Origin: Blastocystis sp. Blastoise
Lineage: Eukaryota; Protista; Bigyra: Opalinata
NCBI GenBank assembly: GCA_039096225.1
Contig: JBBPEB010000030.1
Location: forward strand, 744,001-808,000
Length of the DNA stretch: 64,000 nucleotides
Direction of reading: 5' to 3'
The notes beneath the pieces were generated by a model. It saw only the letters and a program-made list of their open reading frames with translations. It had not been told where the DNA came from and did not search any database. Made by a program: the position numbers and the translations under genes. Below, one piece after another: positions 1-17,184 of this stretch; positions within the stretch are counted from its first letter, which is position 1, and the number at the start of each line of letters is the position of its first letter.

Positions 1-297
1 TATTTTATTATATTTGCTTGCGTTTATATCATAGTTTATATATATTATTAGCGACTTTTGTTATAAATTAATATGAGTATGAATTCTTTTATCGTATATA
101 TATGTATATAACAAAACAAAGGTAGAAACAACCATTAAATAATGAAAAAGGAAAAAGGTAATAAAAACAATAAAAAGAATAGAAAAGAAGAGAAGAAAAG
201 AAAACTACACGAAACGATAGACATAAAAATTTTTCATAAAACCCCATAAGAATGATGAATATACATGTGTATATATATGATTGAGAAGAGATTTGGT

Positions 298-455
298 TTA
301 TACTCGTCTTCCCATGATTAATTCTGCAGTAAGGAACATGATAGCGGCATTAGGGACAACACGGAGTACATGTGCATAACAACCAGCATATAGAGCTTTA
401 AGACCTTCTTCTTTATATATAGTAACAAAACAATTCCAAAGACCTTTATATTTAA

Positions 456-501
<46 letters not shown>

Positions 502-1604
502 ACGAGATGCACCATTTTGTCTTAATCTTGTTCTAACAACCTACATATATATATATAAATATATAAATATATATATATATACTTCATGTGGATATGTACA
601 CAGTGTAGCGATTAACTTGGATAAAGCAGCATCCAAAAAACTTCTCCATTTTGGTGTTTCTTTTCCTTTTTGTTTGTATACGCTATCACTGTAAGACTTG
701 ATATATTCATACATCGTAAATTGAATAGCAGTTTCAGATAGACCTAAATAGCTGGCATTTAATCCTTTGAAAAACCCTTTCATTCCCGCCTCTTTATAGA
801 TTTCCCGGGTAATATCTTTAATACCACGATGATTCTCAGTGTATATATATTAAGGAGTATTTAAATAATGAATCAAAATTATTAATAAAATCATAATAAA
901 CAAAATAACTTAAATAAATCAATAAAAAGGATATATATTGATTGAGTTGAATTCTAGTTTTGATAACCCAAATAGGACAAGTAGCAGTAACTGCAACAGA
1001 TCCCGCCAAAAGAGACGATATTAATGCACTTGAAATGTGATTCAATGCTGAATATTTCTTCAACATATCTTTACTATTCTCATAACTATATAATAATTAT
1101 TATTTTTATAATATATTTATTATATAATATTTAATATAATAATAAATGTAGTAATAATAATAATAAATACACATAGAAATGAATAGCTCTTGAAGGAGCG
1201 ACACTTATAGCCATTAACTAAACAAAAAATGAGTTACAAAAATTATGTTACAAATATAACATACAAATCCACCTCTCCAAAGACCATGAATTCCTTCAGT
1301 TTTTCCTATGTCATAAATACCACGAAATACACCTGAAAATCCTTTGTATTCCTCGAATATTCCACTCTATAGAGAATGATTGTTACTAATAAAAGATTTT
1401 AAATAATATATACTTGATACCTGGTTTTGATGACTTCTAACGGACATGTACATAATGCTCCTAAATACAACAAATAAACCTAATGCAGAATAATAAGTAA
1501 AATATACCAGTGATTCCACCCACCAAACCTGCAACAAAGCTATTAAACCCACTGCTTTGTGAATTCTTTACTTGTTGACTAAAAGGCGATCCTTTTGGTT
1601 GCAT
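298..1604 (-). CDS. Mitochondrial carrier (SLC25A33/36 / Rim2-like pyrimidine nucleotide carrier), 8 exons
   Basis: Spliced translation has three carrier signatures (TCPLEVIKTR, TCPIWVIKTR, TYPHEVVRTRLR) and C-terminal LRVVPNAAIMF. ATG 1604-1602, TAA 300-298. Confidence 0.9.
456..503 (-). other. Non-canonical GT-AC intron (48 nt, almost pure (TA)n)
   Basis: GCATCTC|gtatacata...tatatac|TTAAATATAAAGGT gives RQNGASLKYKGL. There is no AG in the interval. Retention would be in frame but would insert RIHIYIYIY... Confidence 0.75.
841..934 (-). other. U12-type AT-AC intron
   Basis: 5' site ATATCCTTTT, branch site TCCTTAAT about 8 nt before the terminal AC. Joins IQLNQY|TENHRG in frame. Confidence 0.85.
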
Positions 1605-2730
1605 CGTCAAATAAGTTGATAACAATTATAGATAATCGAATTGTTTCTAGCTGATCCAGCACGTAAATAATGACTAGAACTACTCAAATAAGTAATAGCA
1701 ACAGCCAACTATGAAATAAAAAGAATTTGTTAGAAGTTCTCTTTTGAATGGTGAAACTAATGGGGAACTTTAATTAATCATGAAAATGATTCGTTCTTCA
1801 GTTCATTTTCTCATTTTTTCTGAAGAACAACAAAAATAGAATCATTTTCATACCCATCTTTTTCTATGATTATTTTTGCTGTTTCAAGAATTAGAAGCAT
1901 GATATTTATGTATCAGTAATATATTCATTATTGTTATAATACGAGAATCTCAGAGTTGCATGATCATCATAATATTTAGTAGAATTGATATTGTAAATGA
2001 TGTTTTTTATTTGTTTTGAACAAAGTACTTTTGTATTGCATCCAGAAAGCATAGCCTATCCTGAGGACAGAATTAAAAGTGTGTATGATTAGAAACAACA
2101 TTCCAATGAGAAATTCACTTCATTTCGAAGATATATGCTATATTCTTGTTTTTTTATAAGTTATTCATCCTATTAAAACTATTGTCGAATGTTCCATTTC
2201 ATCTGTATGATTTTTAGAGCAGAAATCGATGTCTATAAAATTTCAAAAAAGAACAACTGAAGTTCTATTCTTATACTGCACATTGATTCTACATATATTT
2301 TTAAGATGAGATCAATCACTATTTTACTATTCACTATCTTCTATGCCTCTTCAATAATGAATAAACACTATGAGTACACTATAAAACAGTATTCTTCTTT
2401 TTTTTTGCATATTTTTATTTGATTCAAGAAAGTATTAAACTCTAATTAGTATACACAAGCATAGAAAATGTTTCATTTTCAAACAAAAATATATTAAATT
2501 TCTATACTTATAAAATGCTCATATAAAAAGAAAAAGATAAGAGGCGTTCTTTTCGTTTAAATATATAAAAATATAACATTCTTTTTCCGACTTCTGATTC
2601 CCGTGATTATAAGTATATCTTCTGAGAGATTTTATTTTTCGCCTTTGAAAATGACGTCTGTGCGTCATTGTGTTGGTGGATTAATTTTTGTGTTTTATTC
2701 AAGTCTATTTATATATTTTTGTTGGTGAAA

Positions 2731-3135
2731 ATGAAATTCTCTAGTTTTATCTTTGCTTTCTTTGTCGTTGTAGCCTTTGCTGCTAAGCAACCAAACATCA
2801 TCTTTATTCTTACTGATGATATGGGATATGGTGAAGTCACTGCGTATCCTGCAAACTCTCCTCATGGAAGAATCCCTACTCCTAATATTGATAAAATGGC
2901 TGCTGAAGGTGTTTTATTCACAAATGCTTATGCTGGTGAAACTGTTTGTGCTCCTTCTAGATGTTCTCTCATGACCGGAAGACATACTGGTCATACTTGG
3001 ATTCGTGGTAATTATCCTGTTGATGGTTCTGATTTACCTCTTCGTAAGAATGATACTACTGTTGCTGAATTATTAAGAGTATATATATAGTTTTATTGTT
3101 TATTATATATTATTTTTTATTATATATTATTTATT

Positions 3136-3185
<50 letters not shown>

Positions 3186-4398
3186 ATGCTGGATATAGTA
3201 CTGCTTTATTTGGTAAATGGGGTCTTGGTAATAATGGTACTACAGGTATATATATATATATATATATATTCATTAATTAATAAATAATAACTATAATAAT
3301 TCATGAAAATTTATATTATATATATATATATATATATATAGGTGCTCCTTGGAATAAAGGTTTTGATGTTTACCGCGGTTTATTAGATCAGAATGAGTGT
3401 CATAATATGTATCCCCTTGGTTATTGGGATAACGATGTTCGTCGTCAATTACCCAATAATCAGAATGCCTCTCGTGAATATTGTATGAGTGAAGGAAATA
3501 CTTGCACGTATATATTATAGTTATATAGTATTATAGTTACTATTATTATTATTTAGATTATTAGCATTATTATGTTATATTTATTAGCATTATTATGTTA
3601 TATTTATTATCAATAATATTATTTTTATTATCAATAATATTATTTTTATTATTAATATTAATATTATAATAGTCATTATATTATTAGTCATAACTATATA
3701 TATATATATACTCCATATATATACTTGGATCCATGATGTCTTTATGAACAGTACTGTTGATTATATTAAAGAACATGCTCATGATGAAAAACCTTTCTAT
3801 TTATTTTTAGCTTTAACCGATCCCGTATAGATTTATATAGTAGACTCACTATTTATTATTCTATTTATCATTTATATATTGTTTTTATTATTTTATTTAT
3901 TATATCTTTTTTCAATAATATATGTATTACATATTTTCTTCTTCTATTTTTCTCCTTCCTATTCTATATATATGTATATATACCACGCTGGAGGTTGGAA
4001 GGGAGTGGCTGAAACAGGTGCTCCTGTCCCTGATAACGGTCATTATAAGAATGAAACTTGGCCCAATGTAGAGAAAGATCATGCTGCTCAAATCGAATTA
4101 TATGAAGATAAAAATGTGGAAACTGTATGTATATATTGCTATTTTATGTTTTTTTTCTGTCTATATATAAGTATTATTTTTTTATAATTATAATTATATA
4201 TATATATATTAAATATTTCATCATTATGAAGTATACTCACTAATTTTTAGTTTTATTATTATTCTCTATTACTATTTATAATATCATCTTTTAGATCTTA
4301 AATCTCCTTAAAGAATTGAATATTGATGAAAATACTATCACCTTCTTTGCTTCTGATAATGGTGCGCATCAAGAAGGCGGGCATCAAGTCAATGTATA

Positions 4399-4431
<33 letters not shown>

Positions 4432-5284
4432 TATTTAAATATTCATATTATATTTAATATTATGTTTATTACATATATATATATATAGTTCTTTGATAGT
4501 ACAGGTGGTCTTAAAGGATTCAAACGTTCTTTATATGAAGGAGGTATTCGTGTCCCTATGATTGTTAGATGGCCTGGTCATATTCCCGCGGGACTGGTTT
4601 CTGATTTTGCTTGGGCATTCTGGGATTTCTTACCTACTGCTCTTGATATTGCTGGTCAACCTGTAAATATGGATATTGATGGTGTCTCTATTGTACCTAC
4701 TCTTTTGTATATATATTATTATTATTATTTATATTTATTATTATATTTATTTATATTTATTATTATTATTTATATTTATTATTATATTTATTTATATTTA
4801 TTATTATTATTTATATTTATTATTACTATTTATATTTATTATTATATTTATTTATATTTATTATTATTATTTATATTTATTATTATTATTTATATTTATT
4901 ATTATATTTATATTTATTATTATTATTTATATTTATTATTATTATTTATATTTATTATTATTATTTATATTTATTATTATTATTTATGTTTATTATTATG
5001 TTTATAATTATTATAGTGGTAAGAAACAAGAAGAGAAGGATTACTTATATTGGGAATTCTGTACTAATGATAAATGGGGTAATGCTGTCCGTAAAGGTGA
5101 TTGGAAGATTGTAAAGTTTGCTGTTGATGCTGAATTTGAACTTTATAATTTATCTACTGATCCTAAAGAAACAAAGAATGTAGCTTCTGAATATCCTGCG
5201 ATTGTTGAAGAACTTGCTGAGATCGCTAAGAATGCTCATGAAGATAACGATCATTTCCCTGTTAAGAACTGCGTTTCATCTTAA
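2731..5284 (+). CDS. Secreted Cys-type sulfatase (S1 arylsulfatase family), 8 exons
   Basis: Signal peptide, PNIIFILTDDMGYG, CAPSRCSLMTG (CxPxR), FFASDNG, KRSLYEGGIRVP, YLYWEF, ELYNLSTDPKE. Confidence 0.93.
3508..3724 (+). other. Non-canonical GT-AC intron
   Basis: TGCAC|gtatat...atatac|TTGGATCCATGAT gives CTWIHDVF. The nearest AGs (3671-72, 3686-87) are out of frame. Confidence 0.75.
3825..3983 (+). other. Non-canonical GT-AC intron
   Basis: GATCCC|gtatag...atatac|CACGCTGGA restores the sulfatase PHA motif (FLALTDPHAGG). There is no AG in the last ~140 nt of the intron. Confidence 0.8.
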
Positions 5285-5636
5285 AGAAAACTTGATTGTT
5301 ATTTCTCTATACAGAATAATATAAATGTATTTTTTTTCAAAATTGTTATTGTTTTATAATTTTTATAATGAAATCTTTAATAAATGAAGCCAATATGATA
5401 AAACAAAACAGTTATAGAACTACTATTCACAACGTATAAAAATAATTCATATATTTTGAAAACAAATCATTATACGTAAAAAAAAATCATATAAACTATA
5501 TATATATATATAAAGATTTAAACAAAAGGAAAGGAAATCTAAATACAGGAACTAAGAAAGAAAGTTAAAAATTAAAACTAATATGATAAAAATCAATTAT
5601 ATTTAATTTACAGATAGGATTTAAAAAACACTAAAT

Positions 5637-6390
5637 TTAATGTTTTCTGCTAAGTTTGCTCTTTTTGTTTTTACAAGTAAATAAATAGATAACGAAAACA
5701 ATAATAGCAACAACAATAACGCAACCAATAACAATAAGAGCAATAGCCCAACCGGGAAGTTGACAACCCGAAGTACTACTACGGCTTAAAGAGAAATTAA
5801 CAGCACCATTAGCATAGATCTTTTGTTCATCAAATTTAAGATTAACAGTAGTTCCTTCACCACTACAATAAATATCTTTCATATTTAAAGGTTGATTAAG
5901 AAGACTACATTGTACTTTATCATAAGAACCACTACCATCACAAGAATATAAGAAATTAACAGTATTTAAAGATTGAGCATCACTTTTCTTAATAGAAAGA
6001 TAACCAGAACAAGAAGATAAAGTATATGTAGTATAACCATCTATAGAGATGTTATATAAGATTATATGTATATCATTAATATTAATAATATTAATAATAA
6101 TAATAATATATATATATACTATTTCCAGCAACAGGGTTAGTAAGTTGATAAGTAGTTTCAGTAGAATAGACACGACTACCACTACCACAATCACTTACGA
6201 GATTGTGATTAGTAGTAACAGTTAAAGCTTTAGGAGTACCTTGTTTTTCACCATAAACAGTTGCAAAGTTTTGAAAATAGTGATCCTTGTTTAAGATAGT
6301 ATTACTACATGAATCAGAAACAGTACCACAATTTTGAGCAACAGAGGCAACTATGAGCGCACAGACAAAAAGAACACTAGTAAAATGCAT
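5637..6390 (-). CDS. Type I membrane protein, Cys-containing ectodomain, unknown function, 2 exons
   Basis: Signal peptide MHFTSVLFVCALIVASVA, TM LPGWAIALIVIGCVIVVAIIVFVIYLF, basic tail, one GT-AG intron. Confidence 0.8.
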
Positions 6391-7128
6391 TTTAATTATT
6401 TTCTTAATTTGAAAGAATAAAAATAAATATGTACATAAAAAAATTCAAATTCTAAGAAATCTCGTTTATGCTGATTAACCAACTAGAGAAAAGAAGTTTC
6501 ATTTGATTTGATAATTAAATATATCGACCAATTAAATACTAGAATGCATCAGAAGAAGAAACATTGGATACAGAATTTCACAAGCCAATAGGGTCTTTTG
6601 ATTCTAAAATTTTTGAATGGTCGACGTCACCATGAGGGTACGACGAATATTTTTGAATTTCGTGGATAAAACATAAGAATAATTATATTTTTTTCTCATT
6701 TCATCAATTAGAAAGAATATGGTTTCTGGAAAATGACGGAAAAACTGACTATATAGGGACATTTTCTTATTTTATTGTTAATACATTTGCTTTTTTTGAT
6801 ATTCTCATAGAATTCTATCAATTCAACTCTTGTCAGGTTGATGTGTTTATCTGGAAATAATAATTTATTAGTGAATAGTTGTGTTTTATGTTTTGTGTGT
6901 ATTCATATAGATTACTACTATCCCTTTTTTTTGTTCAGAGAGTATTTTAAACAGGATTCAGTTTCTCATGACGTTTCTTTTAAGTAATATGTCTCAACTA
7001 TTTTTAAGATGGAATTACTGTATGTCTTATCATGATAAATCTCGCATTCAATTACTCATGAATTATAAAAATCATTAATTGCCTGTGTTTAATATCATCA
7101 ATTGGTTTATTTAACTCGATTTACATTG

Positions 7129-7172
<44 letters not shown>

Positions 7173-7596
7173 CAATGATTTAAAAAAATTTCATTTATTC
7201 AACAAGAAGATACAAATAAAGTATCATTTATGAATCAAAGGGTCTAAATGGTTTTGTGTGTTAAGAATATTTATAATAAAAAAACAAGTCAGTTCAATTT
7301 GAGAAAAAAATATATAGATTCTCTGGATCAACGAAAGATAAAACTTGCTTATCGACAATAAACGTTTCAATAGAATAATGGAAAAAATAAAATAAGAAGA
7401 ATTCTCAACATAATGAATAAAATGAATTCATAATGTTAAGCGATTCACTTCTAAAGAGAAAAGAAAAAGAATGCTTGAATAGAAATAAATAAGAAATCAC
7501 ATATATAATTTAGGTGTTGTTGTCTAATAACGAATATATTTTTTTTGTAATCTATAAAAACAAATATATTTATATAGACAAAATCATGTATTTCTT

Positions 7597-11677
<4,081 letters not shown>

Positions 11678-12354
11678 TGTCTTTATTGAAATAATATTTA
11701 AAGAAATGACAATATTTGAAAATAAAAGTTCACGACTTTTTCGTTTTTCTAAAGATATTCAATTCTCGTGAAAAATTCTCGTTTTTCTACCAAGAAAATA
11801 GAATAACTCATGATTATTTATATTCTTTCTTAAAAAGGTAGTTATTGCAGCTTTTCTGCTTAGTTTTTAAAGAAACGTTCTCAAGAAGAATCAAGAATTC
11901 TTAGTATGACTAAGGATATCTTATCAAAGAAAAAAATAGATTCAAAAAAATAGTCGTCCAATTTATTCAAAACAATTCTGGAGTTTATCTAACTTATTTG
12001 TATTCAAAACATTAATTAAAGAAATGAATGATTCACTTGTGTATTTCTGATTCATTTAATCACTACATATTCTAATTATAATATATTTTCAATAGTATTT
12101 TCAGGGGTTGATTGAGTTGTTTATGTTTAAATTTAAATTAAATCAAAATATCATCAAATTTTAAAAAGAAAAGGAACAATAAAAAATATGGATTGAATCA
12201 AATTATCATTTTTTAATCATATATTATTATCTATTTGATGTAAAAAGATGATTTCAATATAATATTCATAATATTGAAAGACAACAAGCACAATTGATCA
12301 ATCCCCACACTAGCAGGCATTTTTACGGTTTTTTCCGCCACCCAACGTCGAATT

Positions 12355-12471
12355 CGCAATAGTGCCGCAATCGCAATTATTGCCATTTCTCAACTGGAAA
12401 TAAAATTATTGCCGTTTCCTCAATCGCAATTTTTGCCATTTCCAGTTTAGAAATGGCAAAAATTGCGATTG
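12355..12471. repeat. CACTA subterminal repeats including a perfect 22-bp hairpin
   Basis: CGCAATT(A/T)TTGCCATTTC-like copies. CAATCGCAATTTTTGCCATTTC (12421-12442) is inverted at 12450-12471 with a 7-nt loop. Confidence 0.88.
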
Positions 12472-12689
12472 CGGAAATTGTCTTAAATTCCAGTACATTT
12501 CGATTCAGTCACTGTTTCAGTCGTAGTATAATATTTATTCTTACATAACAAAACAATATAATAATATAATTAAAACATACATAAAAAAATATAAAATAAT
12601 AATAAGAAAAATAATAATAAGAAAAAACATCATTTTTAATTTAATTTAAGTGATCAGCAAAATGGCAATTTCATAAAGTATAGAAACTG

Positions 12690-15140
12690 AACCTATATAA
12701 TAAATAAATGATAAGAGGCAGATATATACATTATTTAAATTATTCTATTGATTTTGACATGTATATATTTTTTTAATATTTGATTTTAATTGATATTATT
12801 CACAGCATAAAATAGATGAAGTTTTAATCAAATAATAATCCACTTCACTTGTATAATACTAAATGATTTCCTATACTTCTTTCTTTATATATATTACTAT
12901 GTAGCAACCGACATAATATTACTCATGATCTTATAACCTATAAACAATAATAATAATAATAATAATAATTATTATTATTATTATATATATATACATATTT
13001 CCTTTGATGAATTGTAATAATACTTCGTAGTGTCTAATAAACCCTAAATAAATATATACTTATAATAATTTATGATAAATCAACTATATACATACTATAA
13101 AGAACAATAAAAATAATAAAATAAAATATTTATAATAAATACATATATACTAGAATTAATATTTAATCATCATCAATAGTTTATAGCCTCTAAGCATATA
13201 ATATATATTTGATATACTTTCCATATATACCAAAGAGAGGACAAAGAAGGAGAATCATATTATATCGCTATAATTTGTCTATATATAGAAATATAGATGA
13301 TAAAGATAATAAATATACCATATTTTCAATATAAAAATTTCTTCATGAATTCTATATATAATATAAACAATAGTAAATAAATATTAATAAATATATATAA
13401 ATATATACCTTTTTTAATTAATAATCATTTCTATTATTTTTTATGACTTCATATAATTAATATTTCCTATTCTTCCAGAAACAGAAAGAAAAGCCATCAG
13501 ATTTAGCAGCTAACATTATATATAATAATAAAGCCATTTCCAAAGGATTATAAACCTATAATAAAATTATATTCAAATGGATAGTAAGCATAAGAATAAC
13601 AAGTTAGACATACATTATAATATATTTATACTGGATGAAATGTATTTTAATCAATATATAATAATAATATATATATATATACTTTATTTATATATATATA
13701 CTTTATTTATAAAGAATAAGAGAAACATCATGATATAAACTATATTAAGCCCTTCTATATATGTATTAATTACTAATATATAAATATATATATAAAAGAA
13801 AACTAAACAAATAAAAAATAATTACTTTAATACTAAGTATTCTTATTGCAATAATACTTCATATAAAAGGAATATATATAATAATATTGGAAACAAGTAA
13901 AAATGTAGAGAAAACCTATCTATATATATATAAATAATATACAAAAAAAGAAATTTAACAAAAATCATATATAAAAAAATTAATATACATAATTTTTAGT
14001 ATAATTTATATATTTATATATATATGTACCTTATATATCAATTAAAATGATAATATTCTAAATAGCAGTGAATATATTTCTATATAATAATATATATCTA
14101 TTTATAAAAATAAAATCATAATAATATCAATATATCCATACCTGAATAAAATAATATATAGCTTCCAAGAAAGCATTCACGATATTTTACAAAAGTCTCT
14201 ATTCTATATGATAATAATTATAATACATAAATAAGTAAATATAGATATACCATTAATTCATTGATATGAAATCAACGAAAAAGCACTATACTAAGAAAAA
14301 CTATATAAATATACAATAAAACAATATATATATATATGATTTAAACAAAAAGCTATATGTCATTCAGATATAATAAACTATTCAATAACGAAAACAATAC
14401 AGAATATATTATAAAAACATTTATTAAATCTATATATATATATTATTTAAAAAGGTATAAAAGCAAACTAAGATAAAAATATAATAATATACACTAACTT
14501 GATAAACAGAAGCAACGACAAGTACAATTCTAATACCATTTTAACCTATAATGTAATAGCATAAGTATTATAAATATATTATATATGGTATATAACAAAA
14601 GAATATAAATACTAATATATAAAATAATAACATATTAAAAAAAATATTTAATACAAAAGAAAAGAAACTAAAAATAATATATATATAGGAATATACCTTC
14701 ACTAAAGTATTTTTAACTTTTTTTTTGCATACTCTGGAGCAAGATACCTGTAAATATATATAAAAATATATAAAAGAAATAAAAGCAATTAAGTAAACAA
14801 ATAAATAAATAAAAGCAATAAAAAGTAATTAAAAGAGCATACCTGATTGTCTATAAACTGATTTGGCAACCAAAAAGCCAAGAAATGAAAAATCAACTAA
14901 TTACCTAATTGGCCAATAAGAAAAAGATAAAATAGGACTTAAATCAGTGGTATACTTCACCATCCGTACAATTAACTGTTTTCTTACAGCACAATTTCAA
15001 CCTATAAACAAATAAACAATATATAATAAAATAAATATACATAAATATAAAAAATTTGTCTTTGACGACAAGATAAAAGCAAAAACATAATGAGATATTT
15101 TTTCTCTCAAAACAATATTTCACTTCAGAATAAAAAGGCA
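12690..15140 (-). pseudogene. Degenerate intron-rich CACTA transposase (Tnp2/TnpD-like) remnant
   Basis: Series of host-style tatag| and |gtatat boundaries with stop-containing exons. Fragments YIMLAAKSDGFS (~13520-13490) and YDSPSLSSL (~13260-13234) resemble, in the correct order, the DGF and D-x-P catalytic motifs. Boundaries are approximate. Confidence 0.5.
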
Positions 15141-16736
15141 AGAAAATTCATATTTTCTGTAGTGTTTCACTGAAAATTTTCTATATTTTTTGTACAAAAT
15201 GACGATGTTGAATTAACTTCGTTATTTTTCTCTTTTTTTATTTTTGCAGTTTACTAAATTTTTTATATGTTTATTTTTCGTGACTAATATGAAAATTTAT
15301 AATGGTTTTGAGTCAAATAATAGTTGTGAAAAAGTCTTTAATACGTTTTAAAGCAATCTATTTTAATTCTATTTTTATTATAGCTTATTTAATCTATTTA
15401 TGGATTGCTATATACTCAAAGTAAGTTAAAGACTATGAATGATCACTTTTTATACAATATTTACATTTTCATAATTAACATTTTTGTCAAAAATATAAAT
15501 AAAAATTTATGCATACAACGGTTGATAATGAGTGGTCTTTGTGAGTTAGAAACATGTATCAGAACTCCTTTTTAGCAATATTGACCTAATGACAAAATGA
15601 GTTGTTGCACAAATATTGTTTATTTTAGTATTCTGACTATTATAAATGTCTAACTGTGTTATTCTAAACGATTCTTAGTCGATATAAAAATAGTTTGTCT
15701 TTTAAACGTACTTAATCAACTTAATTACATAAAAAATTGTGTCTACACATGTTGTGTATAGTTTAAACTCTTCAAAAAATGAAATATATGTTATGTTGAA
15801 TTCAAAAAGAATTTAAAAATCATTTTACCAAACTCAGTTTGGTTCCATATAAGAAAATAAATTAAAAAATGTGTTTCCATTTTTTAATTTTTCAAAGTCT
15901 TTTTTTTATTTTTTCTTTTGACTTTTAAAACGTATATTTTCTTTTATTTGCATTTTTTTCTTATTTAAATAACTTAGACATATCATGCATGACTTATTTA
16001 GAAGATAATGTTTGTTTTAAAACACAAAAAAATATTTTATGATTTTGACTCAAGTTATGTTATACAAGCTCAAAGAGTTGTCTATTAGAGTTAAGATGAC
16101 TGTATCAGCAATAATATGACTTTAAAACACTTCAAAAATGAATATTCAAAAAGTTGACTGAATTACGACTCTTGTCCTTTTATTTTGAATAATTGAAATA
16201 ACGGTTACGTTACAAGTCAGAGTCTACACATAAATATATCTTTAACAGCAAACAACTCTGACCTCACTAATTGACTGATCCCTAAAACTCGTTTAAAGTC
16301 AATCAATTTTTATATTTCTATACCTTATACGCTACAGTAAATCATTATTCATTGTCTATTGTCTAAAAAGACTCAAAATGAAAATTTCAAAACTCAACTT
16401 TTATCAAAAATTTCTCAAAGTCGATGAAAAACCATCAACCTTTCGCATTTTTTGAATTTTCAAAAAAAATATGGTTTTCCCCATGGGAGACAAACCTTTT
16501 TGACTGGAGAAAAATTACCAAATTTCTTCGTGCCTGCTAGTGCCAAGAATTGTAAATTGCTTCTTTACACTCTTATAAGGTGATATACTCAATTAATATT
16601 CTTTGAAGACTTTGAATACTACAACTCTTGTGGAAAAACATGAATGGATCAGTTATAACTATCATTTTTATCTTAAACCTGACAACAAATAATTGGATAA
16701 CGAAGGTATTTGTGTTTTCTCTTTCCTAGGAGTTTT

Positions 16737-16876
16737 CAGGGTTCGCCAAACTGTACTTTGAGTACGGTCTGTACTCCAAGAGAGTTTTTATCTACGCCTT
16801 ATGCGCCTAAAAGTACCCATGAAACTGGCTCTTTTAGGAAATTTGTACTCCAAGAGAGTCTTCGTGGCGAACCCTG
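16737..16876. mobile_element. hAT-family MITE, 140 bp
   Basis: TIRs CAGGGTTCGCCA / TGGCGAACCCTG. Perfect 8-bp TSD GGAGTTTT (16729-36, 16877-84). Internal direct repeat TGTACTCCAAGAGAGT (16770, 16844). Confidence 0.92.
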
Positions 16877-17184
16877 GGAGTTTTGCTCTGAATGGTTGTG
16901 TTAACCTGCTTTTGTGAACATCAATATTATTGGTTTATTATGGGTTAAGAGCCAGTCATTGAAAAAGAAATACAAATTAATGAAGGGAAGACATTTTCAA
17001 CAATGTTTCATATCAGGTTCTATTATATTACAAGTGATGAACAATAATATAGAAAGTGTATTAACTGTATACTAGGAGAAGATATTTTGTGTTTTCTTCA
17101 ACATATGACTTTTTTCAAATGGAATTCAATAAGTTATCATATTTTATTTTAAATAGAATTTATAAATATAAATAAAAGAACATT

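Larger units (their letters stand above)
12308..16542. mobile_element. CACTA (EnSpm/CMC) DNA transposon, decayed, 4.2 kb
   Basis: TIRs CACTAGCAGGCA (12308-12319) and TGCCTGCTAGTG (16531-16542). 3-bp TSD CCA (12305-07, 16543-45). Subterminal repeats at the left end. Confidence 0.9.

Noticed and set aside
2650-2669. AATGACG-N6-CGTCATT inverted half-sites upstream of the sulfatase
   Set aside because: Plausible bZIP-type site, but a single short instance is not supportable as a feature.
4558-5015. Long Tyr/Ile/Leu/Phe/Asn-rich ORFs in the track (also ~8658-9008, 24179-24737, 37904-38149, 42068-42492, 53234-53580, 54423-54713, 60019-60429)
   Set aside because: Read-through of intronic (TA)n/(ATT)n/(ATTT)n microsatellites. 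The real frames are recovered by splicing.
16770-16859. Direct repeats resembling a mini CRISPR array
   Set aside because: Only two 16-bp copies, inside a MITE in eukaryotic DNA, with no cas genes.
16710-16904. GC-richer 64-aa ORF
   Set aside because: Coincides with the hAT MITE; non-ATG start and no recognisable motif.
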